This document shows positions 9,316-18,966 of a stretch of DNA of 64,000 nt, piece after piece. Source of the DNA: Candidatus Dadabacteria bacterium (GTDB lineage Bacteria; Desulfobacterota_D; UBA1144; Nemesobacterales; CSP1-2). The stretch lies in the NCBI GenBank assembly GCA_963805855.1, contig CAWDVW010000005.1, positions 32,531 to 96,530 on the forward strand, read 5' to 3'. How positions within the stretch are numbered: the stretch's first letter is position 1; the number at the start of each line of letters is the position of its first letter. The notes under the pieces are model-generated. The model worked only from the letters and a program-made list of their open reading frames with translations, did no database searches and was not told where the DNA came from. The translations under genes and the position numbers were made by a program.

Positions 9316-9495
9316 ATGCTGAAAACAAACATAATCGGGAGTACAATTATAAGTATTATACTACTTGCCATTGTGGGTTATGCTTTATCTATTGGCATGT
9401 CAATCGACTGGCATCTATACATAAAAATTGGGGCAGTTGTCCTGGTAATAGCCGCAATAATTGGCATAGCGTCAGCAGGGGGAGATAAAGCTTAA
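9316..9495 (+). CDS. Small hydrophobic protein (59 aa, about two predicted TM helices)
   Basis: ATG preceded by GGAGG at a 7-nt spacing. Sequence MLKTNIIGSTIISIILLAIVGYALSIGMSIDWHLYIKIGAVVLVIAAIIGIASAGGDKA. Absent from the ORF track because it is under 60 aa. Confidence 0.35.
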   Translation: MLKTNIIGSTIISIILLAIVGYALSIGMSIDWHLYIKIGAVVLVIAAIIGIASAGGDKA

Positions 9496-9676
9496 GTCAT
9501 TTTCCTCACCGAAGAACTGATTAACAATAATTATAATATAAGCCTCTCCTAAATTATCCCTTTTGATGATAGAAATGCTATAATGCCCACGGATCGAGCG
9601 AATCTTCACTTTTAAATTTCAGCAGGCTAATACCAGCTGCGTGAGAATTTGAAAATCATTTTGGGACGTTGTTTCT

Positions 9677-10324
9677 TTATGATGCAAGAATTATATTGCC
9701 GGCACCGTGCGAAGTTTTAGCTCTTTGAGGATGATACCTGAGAATATGGATAAAATAGCTCCTTGGATTTACCTCGTTTTCGATAAAGAATTCTACTTCA
9801 TTCAGAAATTCCTGTACAATCTCCCTCCCATAATCAATGGAAATTCTGGACTTCCTTAACTCTATATTATCTTTATATTCCCTGATGATTTTGATTACAC
9901 GATCGGATATCTCATTTGCAAAGGAATTTTCGGATCTGTGATCATAAACTAGCCCTCTCTTCTCCGTATCAAGCGTTTTGAGAACTAGCCCAAGACCTTC
10001 TGCTAAATCAACGTTCCCGATTCTATTGTTAGTCCGAAAAACATTTACAAGCGCAATTTCGATGTCTTTAAAGATCTCGGGATTCTTGTCGTACATCTCC
10101 GCCCGCCTGATAAATGAACCAACACCCTCTTTTCTGAGCCTTTGCCTTGATACCTTTTCCTGTTGATATTTCTGCCCCTCAACATAATAGGTGCAATCAA
10201 GGGGACAATTTATCTCTACGCCTCTTTTCTCTCCACAACATACCGGACATATGTATCCATTCTTTGCAGGACAATGCCGTTTCCCCTTTCTCTTTTCACA
10301 AAATAAGCATTTCATATCTAACAA
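9677..10324 (-). CDS. Hypothetical protein with an N-terminal 8-Cys cluster (CxxC-x8-C-x7-CxxCC-x9-CxxxC)
   Basis: The Cys pattern is in the first 45 aa. There is a 10-bp gap to the upstream MCM B12-binding subunit gene, which suggests the same operon. Confidence 0.55.
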   Translation of the reverse strand: MLDMKCLFCEKRKGKRHCPAKNGYICPVCCGEKRGVEINCPLDCTYYVEGQKYQQEKVSRQRLRKEGVGSFIRRAEMYDKNPEIFKDIEIALVNVFRTNNRIGNVDLAEGLGLVLKTLDTEKRGLVYDHRSENSFANEISDRVIKIIREYKDNIELRKSRISIDYGREIVQEFLNEVEFFIENEVNPRSYFIHILRYHPQRAKTSHGAGNIILAS

Positions 10325-10334
10325 ATGATAGCAT

Positions 10335-10745
10335 TTATGGATTCCTGGGTTTTACGTTCTTCTTTACCCAATCAATTATTTCTCCAGTTGGTGTACCCGG
10401 TTCGAATATGGCCATTACACCATCCTTAATAAGTCCGACTATATCTCCTTTGGGAATAATCCCACCGCCAAAAACCGCAATATCGTCGGCTCCCTTTTCT
10501 TTTAATAACCTCGTTACCTCGGGAAACAGATAATTATGAGCTCCAGAAAGAATACTCAATCCTATTGCATCGACGTCTTCCTGAATCGCGGTCTCCACAA
10601 TCATTTCGGGCGTATGGTGAAGGCCCGTGTAGATTACTTCAAATCCAGCATCTCTAAGAGCCCGCGCGACTATTTTTGCACCTCTATCATGCCCGTCCAA
10701 CCCCGCCTTACCAATCAAGATCCTTACTCTTCTCTCGTCTCCCAT
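10335..10745 (-). CDS. Methylmalonyl-CoA mutase family, cobalamin-binding small subunit
   Basis: [13 protein letters not shown] (DxHxxG B12-binding motif), 136 aa. Confidence 0.85.
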   Translation of the reverse strand: MGDERRVRILIGKAGLDGHDRGAKIVARALRDAGFEVIYTGLHHTPEMIVETAIQEDVDAIGLSILSGAHNYLFPEVTRLLKEKGADDIAVFGGGIIPKGDIVGLIKDGVMAIFEPGTPTGEIIDWVKKNVKPRNP

Positions 10746-10861
10746 AACTTTTTCCTTATCGCTATACTACACGATGCAAGATGCAAGATACAGGATGCAG
10801 GATAAAAGAAGAAGATAATCAGGGATCGTGCATCATGTATCGTGTATCATGCATCGCGTCT

Positions 10862-12529
10862 TTAAAAATACCCCGGATCTCTGTAGACGCCAAATACATC
10901 CCTGAAGACATCGCTAATTTCACCCACAGTTGCATATTCTCTAACAGCCTCAACTATAAAAGGCATCAAATTCTCTCCCTTTTTAGCCGCACCGGTTATC
11001 GCTTGTAGATGTTTTCGCACAGCTCGGTTGTTTCGATTTCCTTTTATGGCAGTAAGCCTTTTCCTCTGCTCATCTTCAACCTCATCATCAATATTCAACG
11101 TTGGGAACGCGGTTTCGTCTTCGACTTTGTAATTGTTTACCCCAACTATGACCTTTTGACCAATATCAAGCTGCCTCTGGTACTTATATGATGCGTCAGC
11201 AATCTCTCTTTGAGGAAATCCGTTGTCAACAGCCTGAATGATTCCACCTAGTTCATCTATCTTTCGGATGTAATCGAGAGACATCTTCTCCATCCGGTTC
11301 GTAAGAGATTCAATCACATAGCTTCCACCGAGCGGATCAATTGAATTTACAACTCCGCTTTCTTCTGCGATTATCTGCTGGGTTCTAAGAGCAACTGTTA
11401 CCGCTTCTTCGGTTGGAAGTGCAAGTGTCTCGTCCATGGAATTCGTATGCAGGGACTGCGTTCCGCCAAGTACCGCTGCCAAGGCTTGAATCGTAACCCT
11501 CACTATGTTGTTTAAAGGCTGTTGGCCGGTAAGACTGCATCCCGCAGTCTGCGCGTGAGTCCTCAGCATCCAAGATTTTGGATTTTTCGCTCCAAATCGC
11601 TCTCTCATGATATGTGCCCAAAGCCTCCGGGCAGCGCGGAATTTAGCAATCTCCTCAAGAAAATCATTATGAACGTTGAAAAAGAAAGATAGTTGATGAG
11701 CAAACTCGTCTACTCGAAGACCGCGCTCGATGCATTCCCTGACATACCCGATCCCATCAGCAAGCGTAAAAGCAAGTTCCTGAACAGCCGTCGAACCGGC
11801 CTCACGAATATGGTAACCGGAAATAGAAACGGGGTGCCACTTGGGAACAAGCCTGGAACAAAACTCAATTATATCTATTACGAGTTTTACGGAAGGCCTC
11901 GGCGGACATATCCACTCTCTCTGTGCAATGAATTCCTTTAACATATCATTCTGGATTGTGCCATCCAACTTATCCCATTTAATACCCTGTTTCTCCGCAA
12001 CTACGAGATACATCGCCAGAATTATACTGGCCGTACAGTTTATGGTCATTGAGGTTGATACCTTATCCAGCCTTATACCGTCGAATAAAGCTTCCATATC
12101 TGCAAGCGACGAAACCGAAACACCTTCTCTTCCAACCTCCCCGGTTGACCGTGTATGATCACTGTCGTAACCCATAAGAGTAGGCATATCAAAAGCGGTA
12201 CTGAGTCCGGTTTGACCATGTTTCAATAGAAACTTAAATCTTTTGTTAGTATCTTCTGGAGAGCCAAAACCAGCGAACTGCCGCATGGTCCAGAGCCTCC
12301 CCTGATACATACTGTCGTAAATACCCCTTGTAAAGGGATAAGAGCCTGGATATCCAAGATTGTCCATATAATCGAACCCGTCCAGATCCAGGGGCGTAGC
12401 AAGAGGAGGCACGTCCATTCCCGAGATTGTAGTAAAATCAGCATTCCTTTTAGGGTGTTCTTGATAATTCTTTTCCCAGGTCTGCTTCCCCTCTTCTATT
12501 TTGTTACGTTCCTCTTTATGGTCTCGCAT
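10862..12529 (-). CDS. Methylmalonyl-CoA mutase family, catalytic (TIM-barrel) large subunit of a split enzyme
   Basis: The 555-aa product carries conserved MCM N-terminal-domain stretches ([31 protein letters not shown]). Confidence 0.85.
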   Translation of the reverse strand: MRDHKEERNKIEEGKQTWEKNYQEHPKRNADFTTISGMDVPPLATPLDLDGFDYMDNLGYPGSYPFTRGIYDSMYQGRLWTMRQFAGFGSPEDTNKRFKFLLKHGQTGLSTAFDMPTLMGYDSDHTRSTGEVGREGVSVSSLADMEALFDGIRLDKVSTSMTINCTASIILAMYLVVAEKQGIKWDKLDGTIQNDMLKEFIAQREWICPPRPSVKLVIDIIEFCSRLVPKWHPVSISGYHIREAGSTAVQELAFTLADGIGYVRECIERGLRVDEFAHQLSFFFNVHNDFLEEIAKFRAARRLWAHIMRERFGAKNPKSWMLRTHAQTAGCSLTGQQPLNNIVRVTIQALAAVLGGTQSLHTNSMDETLALPTEEAVTVALRTQQIIAEESGVVNSIDPLGGSYVIESLTNRMEKMSLDYIRKIDELGGIIQAVDNGFPQREIADASYKYQRQLDIGQKVIVGVNNYKVEDETAFPTLNIDDEVEDEQRKRLTAIKGNRNNRAVRKHLQAITGAAKKGENLMPFIVEAVREYATVGEISDVFRDVFGVYRDPGYF

Positions 12530-12587
12530 TTGTTACCTCAAATAAACAATAAATCATGTCCGTCAATGATCGGCGAAATCTCTAATC

Positions 12588-14027
12588 TCACGAGTAGTTT
12601 TTCAAATTTACAACCATGAGTTTTAATTCTGTCATCTCTTCGATTGCATACCTTAAACCTTCTCTCCCGACGCCCGAATCCTTTACACCTCCATAAGGCA
12701 TGTTTTCAACCCTGAAACTTGGGTAGTCATTTATGATAACCCCGCCAACATTTAGCGCATTATATGCCTTAAACATCTTTTTCATATCTTTAGTAAACAC
12801 CGCCGCCTGAAGTCCATACCTTGAGTTGTTTACCCAACCCAGGACATCATCGAAATCTTTATACCTCTCCACATGAACCACAGGACCAAATACCTCGTTG
12901 CAGCTCACATTACACGCAGCAGGGACGTCAGTCAGGACCGTAGGCTCGATCAAACTACCATCCCTGTGTCCCCCAGTGAGAAGCTTCGCTCCGCTTTCTA
13001 CCGCTTCATCAATCCATTTCATTATCCTATCGGCGGAATCTGTATCAATGACTGGCCCCACATCTGTATCTTCGAGCATAGGGTCGCCGAGTTTAAGCGC
13101 TTTGGTGGCAGATATGAACTTATCGAGAAATCGATCAAAAATCTTATCATGCACATACATCCTTTGAACCGATATACAGCTCTGTCCGGCTTGATAAAAC
13201 GCCCCCCATGCATTCCGGCTCGCAGCAAAATCCAAATCCGGAGGGTCTTCGTCTATAATAGTGGCTGCGTTTCCCCCTAGCTCAAGTGTTACCTTCTTCT
13301 TGGGGAATTTCTTCATTAGCTCCCAGCCGATCTCATCGCTCCCGGTAAAGGACACCTTCTTTATCCTCTCATCTTCCATCACCGGTTCAATTTGAGATCC
13401 GGGCAGTGTAAGGATATTCAGCACCCCTTCGGGCAGTCCCGCTTCCATGACAACTTCGCCGAGCATGAGTGCAGATAGAGGTGTTTGCGACGCTGGCTTT
13501 AGTATCATAGCATTTCCCGTCGCAATCGAAGGAGCGACCTTATGAGCTACCAGGTTGAGGGGAAAATTAAAGGGAGAAATACCCATGACAACACCAAGCG
13601 GAAATCTACGCGTTAAACCATACATCTCTTCGTTTCCGGGAACAATGTCGATTGGTATTAGATTACCCTCTGAAAACCTATTGGCTTCCCCGGCAGCAAC
13701 CGAAAAGGTTGTCATCGCACGACCAACCTCGACCCTCGCTGTTTTCAACGGCTTACCCCCCTCCTCGACTAAGGCTTTGGCAAAATCATCCTTTCTTTTC
13801 TCAATGCCATCCACAATCCTTTTCAGTATGTTGCTTCTTGAATAACCAGGGCTATTTTTGAATTTGTCAAATGCCGTTTGAGCCCCATCCAGCGCCTTTT
13901 TTGAGTCCTTTGGTTCGGGGATATTTGTAATTCCTACCACTTCACCATGATAGGGGCTTTTGACCTCACGTTTCTTCTGACTTTTGACCCATTTGCCGTT
14001 TACAAGACATCCATATTCCTTTGCCAT
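12588..14027 (-). CDS. Aldehyde dehydrogenase family protein (possibly methylmalonate-semialdehyde or another acyl-aldehyde dehydrogenase)
   Basis: ELGGNAATII and the catalytic-Cys context GQSCISVQR. 479 aa. Confidence 0.85.
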   Translation of the reverse strand: MAKEYGCLVNGKWVKSQKKREVKSPYHGEVVGITNIPEPKDSKKALDGAQTAFDKFKNSPGYSRSNILKRIVDGIEKRKDDFAKALVEEGGKPLKTARVEVGRAMTTFSVAAGEANRFSEGNLIPIDIVPGNEEMYGLTRRFPLGVVMGISPFNFPLNLVAHKVAPSIATGNAMILKPASQTPLSALMLGEVVMEAGLPEGVLNILTLPGSQIEPVMEDERIKKVSFTGSDEIGWELMKKFPKKKVTLELGGNAATIIDEDPPDLDFAASRNAWGAFYQAGQSCISVQRMYVHDKIFDRFLDKFISATKALKLGDPMLEDTDVGPVIDTDSADRIMKWIDEAVESGAKLLTGGHRDGSLIEPTVLTDVPAACNVSCNEVFGPVVHVERYKDFDDVLGWVNNSRYGLQAAVFTKDMKKMFKAYNALNVGGVIINDYPSFRVENMPYGGVKDSGVGREGLRYAIEEMTELKLMVVNLKNYS

Positions 14028-14189
14028 AATATTGCCTCCAAGAATTCGATAGTAACGTGAAGCTATGTAAAGTCAGTTGTAAAAACTAACAGACCAAGGT
14101 GGAAAACACCAGTAATATTAAACAAAAAGATTGGAGTTAAGTCAAGGAAAAGTCATTAAAAGCAGCGGAGGGCCTGAGTACTCCATAAA

Positions 14190-14385
14190 ACAAAACGAAA
14201 GGAAACCTATCGGGACAAGAATGTCCCGACTATCCATAATAAATACCGTCATCAATAACGATAGGCGGGGTTTTCGAACCCCGCATGGATAAAACATAAA
14301 GAATGGAAACCTAAAGGTTTCCTCTACATATCATATAAATATTGAAATTAAACATGTAGCGGAGGACTTTAGTCCTCCCACTAGA
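14190..14385. repeat. Cluster of REP-like 7-bp-stem hairpins (at least four units)
   Basis: CGGGACAagaaTGTCCCG, CGGGGTTttcgAACCCCG, GGAAACCtaaaGGTTTCC and GGAGGACtttaGTCCTCC. Related units occur at 43505-43582 and 49266-49340. Confidence 0.6.
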
Positions 14386-14454
14386 TATCCTATTTTGGTT
14401 TTCCATAAAAAATATTGTCAAAATACCAATTGTGATTTATCCACAAAAACTCGA

Positions 14455-16404
14455 CTATTGCACGGTTACAAATATTACTGAACTCAAGGGATCAGTCATG
14501 TCACACTGATCCATCGTACCAGAATTATCAATACATCCCTGAAGGCTAACCTGCTGACCGCTTAGCGCCGTAGCGGGTATCGTTAGATTAATGACTCCAA
14601 CGGCATCCCCGCCTGCATCCGCTTGCGCGCAGGCTGTACCAGCAGGCGGTGCCCCAAATGGACCAGAAATTGTTGCACCACCGGTAGTACCGTCAACGAG
14701 AATTTGAACGCAGAGCTCAGATCCTGCAGCTTGGTTAGTCATCACATTAATAAATGTATTTCCATTAGCCGGCACGAGCGAACTGGTTGCCTGGATTGTT
14801 ACGGCAGCCGCCGGTGGCGGAGTCGGCACAGGGGTTGGAGTTGGAGGTGCTGGTGAAACTATTACAGTTCCAAAAGCACTGGGGTCAACGCCACCGCACC
14901 CTCCGGACATGTCAGCGTCGATGCATCCACGCACGGTTACACTTTGCTCCGTCAGCACAAGACCGCCTAGTAGACCTATTACAGCCTCACCCTGCGAAGA
15001 TACCGTTATGCAGGGGCCACCCAACAACGTCGACACAGGATTGCTATCCACGACAATTTCAAAACAGATCTGGGTGGGAGGTTGCTGAGGGGGTGTTGTC
15101 ATGGCGGTAATCGTGGATTGCCCACCGGGCGGAATAACAGCAGGGTTCGCTGAAAGTGAGATTGGGGAGGGCACACCCTCAGGATCGCAATCCACAAACG
15201 TACTAGCCTGTACATCGTCGGGATCACATTGCCCATTAGGCATCCCGCTATCGTCTATACAACACGTTAATTGGATTGTTTGTAATGTAACCACATTGCC
15301 ACAAGTCAAAACGCTAAAAAAGTCGCCGTTTATATCTGTTACCCCGCAATCAGGGACCATTGAATCAAGAACAGAGGGAGGCATACTATCGATTGGAATA
15401 TCACAACAAACATCCGTAGCTGGCGGGGCGTTCATGGTTGTTGCCATCACGATAGTACTGCCACCAGGCTCGATCGTTTCATTAAACACAGTAACGTCTA
15501 TTGACGGGCCCGGAGTAGGAGTTGGTGTCGGCCCAGGAGTTGGTGTCGGCCCAGGGGTTGGTGTCGGGCTTGGTGTGGGTGTCGGGGTTGGCGGCGGCGG
15601 CGCAAGCTGATCGAAAGAAATGGAAGCCTGTATCGTCCTATCCTCAACCGGAATTGAATCACAATCGGGATCCTTTGTCGGGGGGTCCGGGAGAACTATT
15701 GTGACGATCACTGTTTGTGAACATTCTGTCCCATCAACAGGATCATACTCCACAATTGCAACACCCTCAAAAACTGAACCTAGGACAGGAGTTGGATTGC
15801 TTAGGGACCCGCATGAATTATTCGTGAGCTGGAAATTGACAACTGTCCCGGGAGGTATACCAAATGTATCGACTTGAATTGTTGCAAACGCGTCCGGGTC
15901 TGATGTAATCATGTCCGGACCGGTGATTGAAACAATCCCGACCCCTTGAATAACAACAGTAGCGAAATTAGACGCCTGTATACCATTTTGAAGCGTCGAT
16001 GTAACTGCAACATTCACAAAACCGAGATCTCCAACACCTATTAACGGTCCACTCAGATATTCGACATCGGCCCTGCCATCTATGACAACGGGATCGAAAA
16101 ATGTAATGCAGCCTCTTAGATTAAACGGAAGAGTTGAACCGGTCAAACCTACCTGTATGGTTGCGCCATTTGGCGTCAAGAGCGGATTAAAAATCGCCTC
16201 TAGATCGCTAAAGTCGCAGGCATTTCCGAACAGCGCTACCGGAAAGGCATTTACCACGATCTGTTGAGTGCCGCTAGGCCTACCTGACTTCTGACCATTT
16301 ACACCCTCTAGGCACGAAGACGCAAATAGAATTAAAAAGAAAGCTACACAGACCCCTATTAGTCTTGAATAGTCCTTTGATATATTACATTTAATTATAT
16401 TCAA
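14455..16404 (-). CDS. Large secreted/surface protein with a Pro-Thr-rich linker, Cys-rich
   Basis: Signal/lipobox (FASSC). PPPPTPTPTPSPTPTPGPTPTPGP linker. Many Cys and Gly/Thr/Val beta-type segments. Confidence 0.6.
   Translation of the reverse strand: MNIIKCNISKDYSRLIGVCVAFFLILFASSCLEGVNGQKSGRPSGTQQIVVNAFPVALFGNACDFSDLEAIFNPLLTPNGATIQVGLTGSTLPFNLRGCITFFDPVVIDGRADVEYLSGPLIGVGDLGFVNVAVTSTLQNGIQASNFATVVIQGVGIVSITGPDMITSDPDAFATIQVDTFGIPPGTVVNFQLTNNSCGSLSNPTPVLGSVFEGVAIVEYDPVDGTECSQTVIVTIVLPDPPTKDPDCDSIPVEDRTIQASISFDQLAPPPPTPTPTPSPTPTPGPTPTPGPTPTPTPGPSIDVTVFNETIEPGGSTIVMATTMNAPPATDVCCDIPIDSMPPSVLDSMVPDCGVTDINGDFFSVLTCGNVVTLQTIQLTCCIDDSGMPNGQCDPDDVQASTFVDCDPEGVPSPISLSANPAVIPPGGQSTITAMTTPPQQPPTQICFEIVVDSNPVSTLLGGPCITVSSQGEAVIGLLGGLVLTEQSVTVRGCIDADMSGGCGGVDPSAFGTVIVSPAPPTPTPVPTPPPAAAVTIQATSSLVPANGNTFINVMTNQAAGSELCVQILVDGTTGGATISGPFGAPPAGTACAQADAGGDAVGVINLTIPATALSGQQVSLQGCIDNSGTMDQCDMTDPLSSVIFVTVQ
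15515..15610. repeat. Low-complexity (GGTGTCGGCCCAGGAGTT)-type tandem repeat encoding the PT linker
   Basis: Visible near-tandem repetition. It produces spurious antisense ORFs (poly-GVG). Confidence 0.6.
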
Positions 16405-16428
16405 CAGTCCATCCTCCTTAGATATTTC

Positions 16429-16992
16429 TCACTGCGCATTAACCGCAAACTCAGCCACATCAACAGACCCGCTTCTGGTCGAGACCTCAAGTGATGCAGG
16501 ATCAATGATATTTTCTCCGTTTTGGTTACTTATCAGGATTTCAACCCTCGAAATTCCTTGATCATCGGTCACCGTTTGCCATGGGGAATCTACAAGCGCG
16601 TCGAAAAAAAATAAATCAGACACCGACTGCTCAAGCGCGCAATCTCGCGGGCAAGCCTCAGGGTCAATAAGTTGGAGGCAGCGCTGGTCCGGTAACCCAT
16701 CGCCATTTGTATCAATACAGAAAGAGCTTGGCCCGGCAAAAGACAGAGTCCAGAACACCCTAACGCCATTCAAAGCTCCAGCTTCATTCTCAACAATTGC
16801 CTCAACTTCTATTATTTCAAATGCGTTTGGACGAATCGTTATATCTCCCGGAGGGTTGAGCATGGTTACTGTCGAGCCAGAAGGGGCAAAAGGCGGGTTA
16901 GATCCACAGCCATAGTTTGTTATTACAATGGTAGCCACAATAATCGCAACAGGAAATTGATACAAAATTGATCTAATATAGTTAATATCCAT
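16429..16992 (-). CDS. Hypothetical lipoprotein with a DTNGDGLPD calcium-binding-like motif
   Basis: Lipobox NYGC. TSP3-like Asp-rich DxDGD motif. Confidence 0.5.
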   Translation of the reverse strand: MDINYIRSILYQFPVAIIVATIVITNYGCGSNPPFAPSGSTVTMLNPPGDITIRPNAFEIIEVEAIVENEAGALNGVRVFWTLSFAGPSSFCIDTNGDGLPDQRCLQLIDPEACPRDCALEQSVSDLFFFDALVDSPWQTVTDDQGISRVEILISNQNGENIIDPASLEVSTRSGSVDVAEFAVNAQ

Positions 16993-17010
16993 TCATCTCT
17001 CTCCTTTTAT

Positions 17011-18915
17011 TTATCGAACTATTCTAGGTGTTATGAACACCATAAGCTCCCTTCTTTGATCCAATGTTGTTTCTCTTCTAAAAAGCCAGCCCAGAAGAGG
17101 AACCCTTGAAAACCATGGGACACCAGAGATCCTTTCCGATACATCTCTTTTAAAAATCCCACCTATTACTATCGTCTCACCATCGGACGCGAGGGCTTGT
17201 GTCTCCGCCTCATTCCTTCTTATACTCGGCTGACCGTTAGCACCAGTTATAGTTGGATCAGGGGCATTATCAGTGACACGAATTTCCATCAGTATCCTGT
17301 TGTCATTTGTAACGTGTGGAGTGACCTCGAGTCTTAAAGTGGCATCGACAAATTGAGTCTGTGTACCAGCTGCAGAGACACTCAGAAACGGTATTGAGAC
17401 CCCCTGCTCAATCCTTGCAGGCTGATTATCAAGCGTCAATACCTTAGGAGATGATAAAATCCTCCCATCACCCTTATTCTCCAATGCTGAAAGCCTTATA
17501 TCAAGATCGAAGGCACCGGTAAGACTGCCAAGCACCAGGCCTATCGCACCACCCCCGCCCGTACCTACTGCAGCCGGAAGATCAATTATGAAATTATCAG
17601 CGGCGGTTCCAAAGGGAGAACCAACATTTACTCCACCAACATCAACACTGGAGGGGAAGGTTGCACCAGTGGGATTTCCCGTAGCGGCTGATGCCCGGTA
17701 GTTTAGACCCCACTGTACTCCCAGTTCCCTTATGAAATCGAGCGTTGCCTGCACGACCCTGGATTCAATTAGAACCTGTGGTGTCCTTGTGTCTAAACTA
17801 GTTATTAGCTCTTCTATATCTCCAATCCTAGATACGATATCCGTTAGCAATATGCTATTAGTGCGGGTATCTACTCTAATAGTACCTCCCGGCGATAACA
17901 GTGGACTAACCAGCGGTACCAACTCCTCAGCCCTCGCATAGTTTACGAATACCTGTCTCGTCTCAAGCGGTTCAAGTTTTTCTTTTGTTCTGGCGGCAGC
18001 CAGTATTTCAGTTTGTCGTTTCTGTAGGGTTGCGAGCGGAGCAATCTTCATCACATTGCCCTCAACAATTGCTCCCAACCCACCATCTTCAAGGACTACG
18101 TCTAATGCCTGGTCCCAAGGGACATCCGAGAGCTTTAGGGTTACAGTTCCCGTGACATTATTCGCAATTATAATATTAAATCCACTTATGTCTGCAAGAA
18201 TCCTGAATACGTCTCTGATATCCGCATCTTTGAAATCAAATGAGACACGCTCTCCGCGATACTCTTTTTGGGCACCCGGCGTACCGGCGACACGATAATC
18301 AAATGCCCAAATTACTCTTTCCTCTCTAGCTGGTTCTGCTACTCCTTCTGGCGGTTTCTGAAATCTCAAAGTCAACAGATTGTTACTCTGATCAGTCAAC
18401 ATGGGTACGTCTTCTTTAAGCTCTAACACAATAATCGTATTATTCTCTGAACCGGGATCCCTGAATGAGGAAACAAAATTCAGAGGGCTGTCGAATTCAC
18501 TTACATCTCGCGATACCTGCAGGTTCGCCGGAAGAACGACATTCAGCAGTTTTATCCTCGACGTATTCCCTTCCCTCGGTAGTTCTTCATATGAAGCCCT
18601 TTCAGAGGTCATGATAGTCACAATTCCCATCCCGTCCTCAGCATTAAAATTAATGCTTTCGACGGAATTTATCCTATCCGTTTGGACGGGTGCCGGAGGC
18701 TGAGACTCCATGCCTGAACCCTGATTCTGAGCAACCTTTAACTCGGAGTGATGTCTGCCTGAGCTTACCAACATACTCGGGTCAGAATCAAACCCAGGGT
18801 AATCTTTACTGTTAGTTTGATGTGCGGAAGCAGATAGGTTAAAACCAGAAACAAATACGGAATAGATTAAGAAAAAAATAATGTATATGAGATACTGTCT
18901 ATCAACATTCACCAA
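17011..18915 (-). CDS. pilQ: Type IV pilus secretin PilQ
   Basis: Signal peptide, AMIN-like N-terminal domain, secretin N-domains and a C-terminal secretin domain. Last gene of the pilMNOPQ order. Confidence 0.85.
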   Translation of the reverse strand: MVNVDRQYLIYIIFFLIYSVFVSGFNLSASAHQTNSKDYPGFDSDPSMLVSSGRHHSELKVAQNQGSGMESQPPAPVQTDRINSVESINFNAEDGMGIVTIMTSERASYEELPREGNTSRIKLLNVVLPANLQVSRDVSEFDSPLNFVSSFRDPGSENNTIIVLELKEDVPMLTDQSNNLLTLRFQKPPEGVAEPAREERVIWAFDYRVAGTPGAQKEYRGERVSFDFKDADIRDVFRILADISGFNIIIANNVTGTVTLKLSDVPWDQALDVVLEDGGLGAIVEGNVMKIAPLATLQKRQTEILAAARTKEKLEPLETRQVFVNYARAEELVPLVSPLLSPGGTIRVDTRTNSILLTDIVSRIGDIEELITSLDTRTPQVLIESRVVQATLDFIRELGVQWGLNYRASAATGNPTGATFPSSVDVGGVNVGSPFGTAADNFIIDLPAAVGTGGGGAIGLVLGSLTGAFDLDIRLSALENKGDGRILSSPKVLTLDNQPARIEQGVSIPFLSVSAAGTQTQFVDATLRLEVTPHVTNDNRILMEIRVTDNAPDPTITGANGQPSIRRNEAETQALASDGETIVIGGIFKRDVSERISGVPWFSRVPLLGWLFRRETTLDQRRELMVFITPRIVR

Positions 18916-18966
18916 GCCATCCTCCTCTAAAGATGTAGTAAATGTGTTAACATTTATAATTATAGA

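Noticed and set aside
9134-9346. 70-aa minus-strand ORF
   Set aside because: It lies inside the conserved non-coding repeat block and overlaps the better-supported small plus-strand ORF. No RBS.
15101-15877. Several plus-strand ORFs (169, 85, 60 aa) opposite the surface-protein gene
   Set aside because: They are antisense artefacts of the GC-rich Pro/Thr/Gly-coding repeat and give poly-GVG translations.
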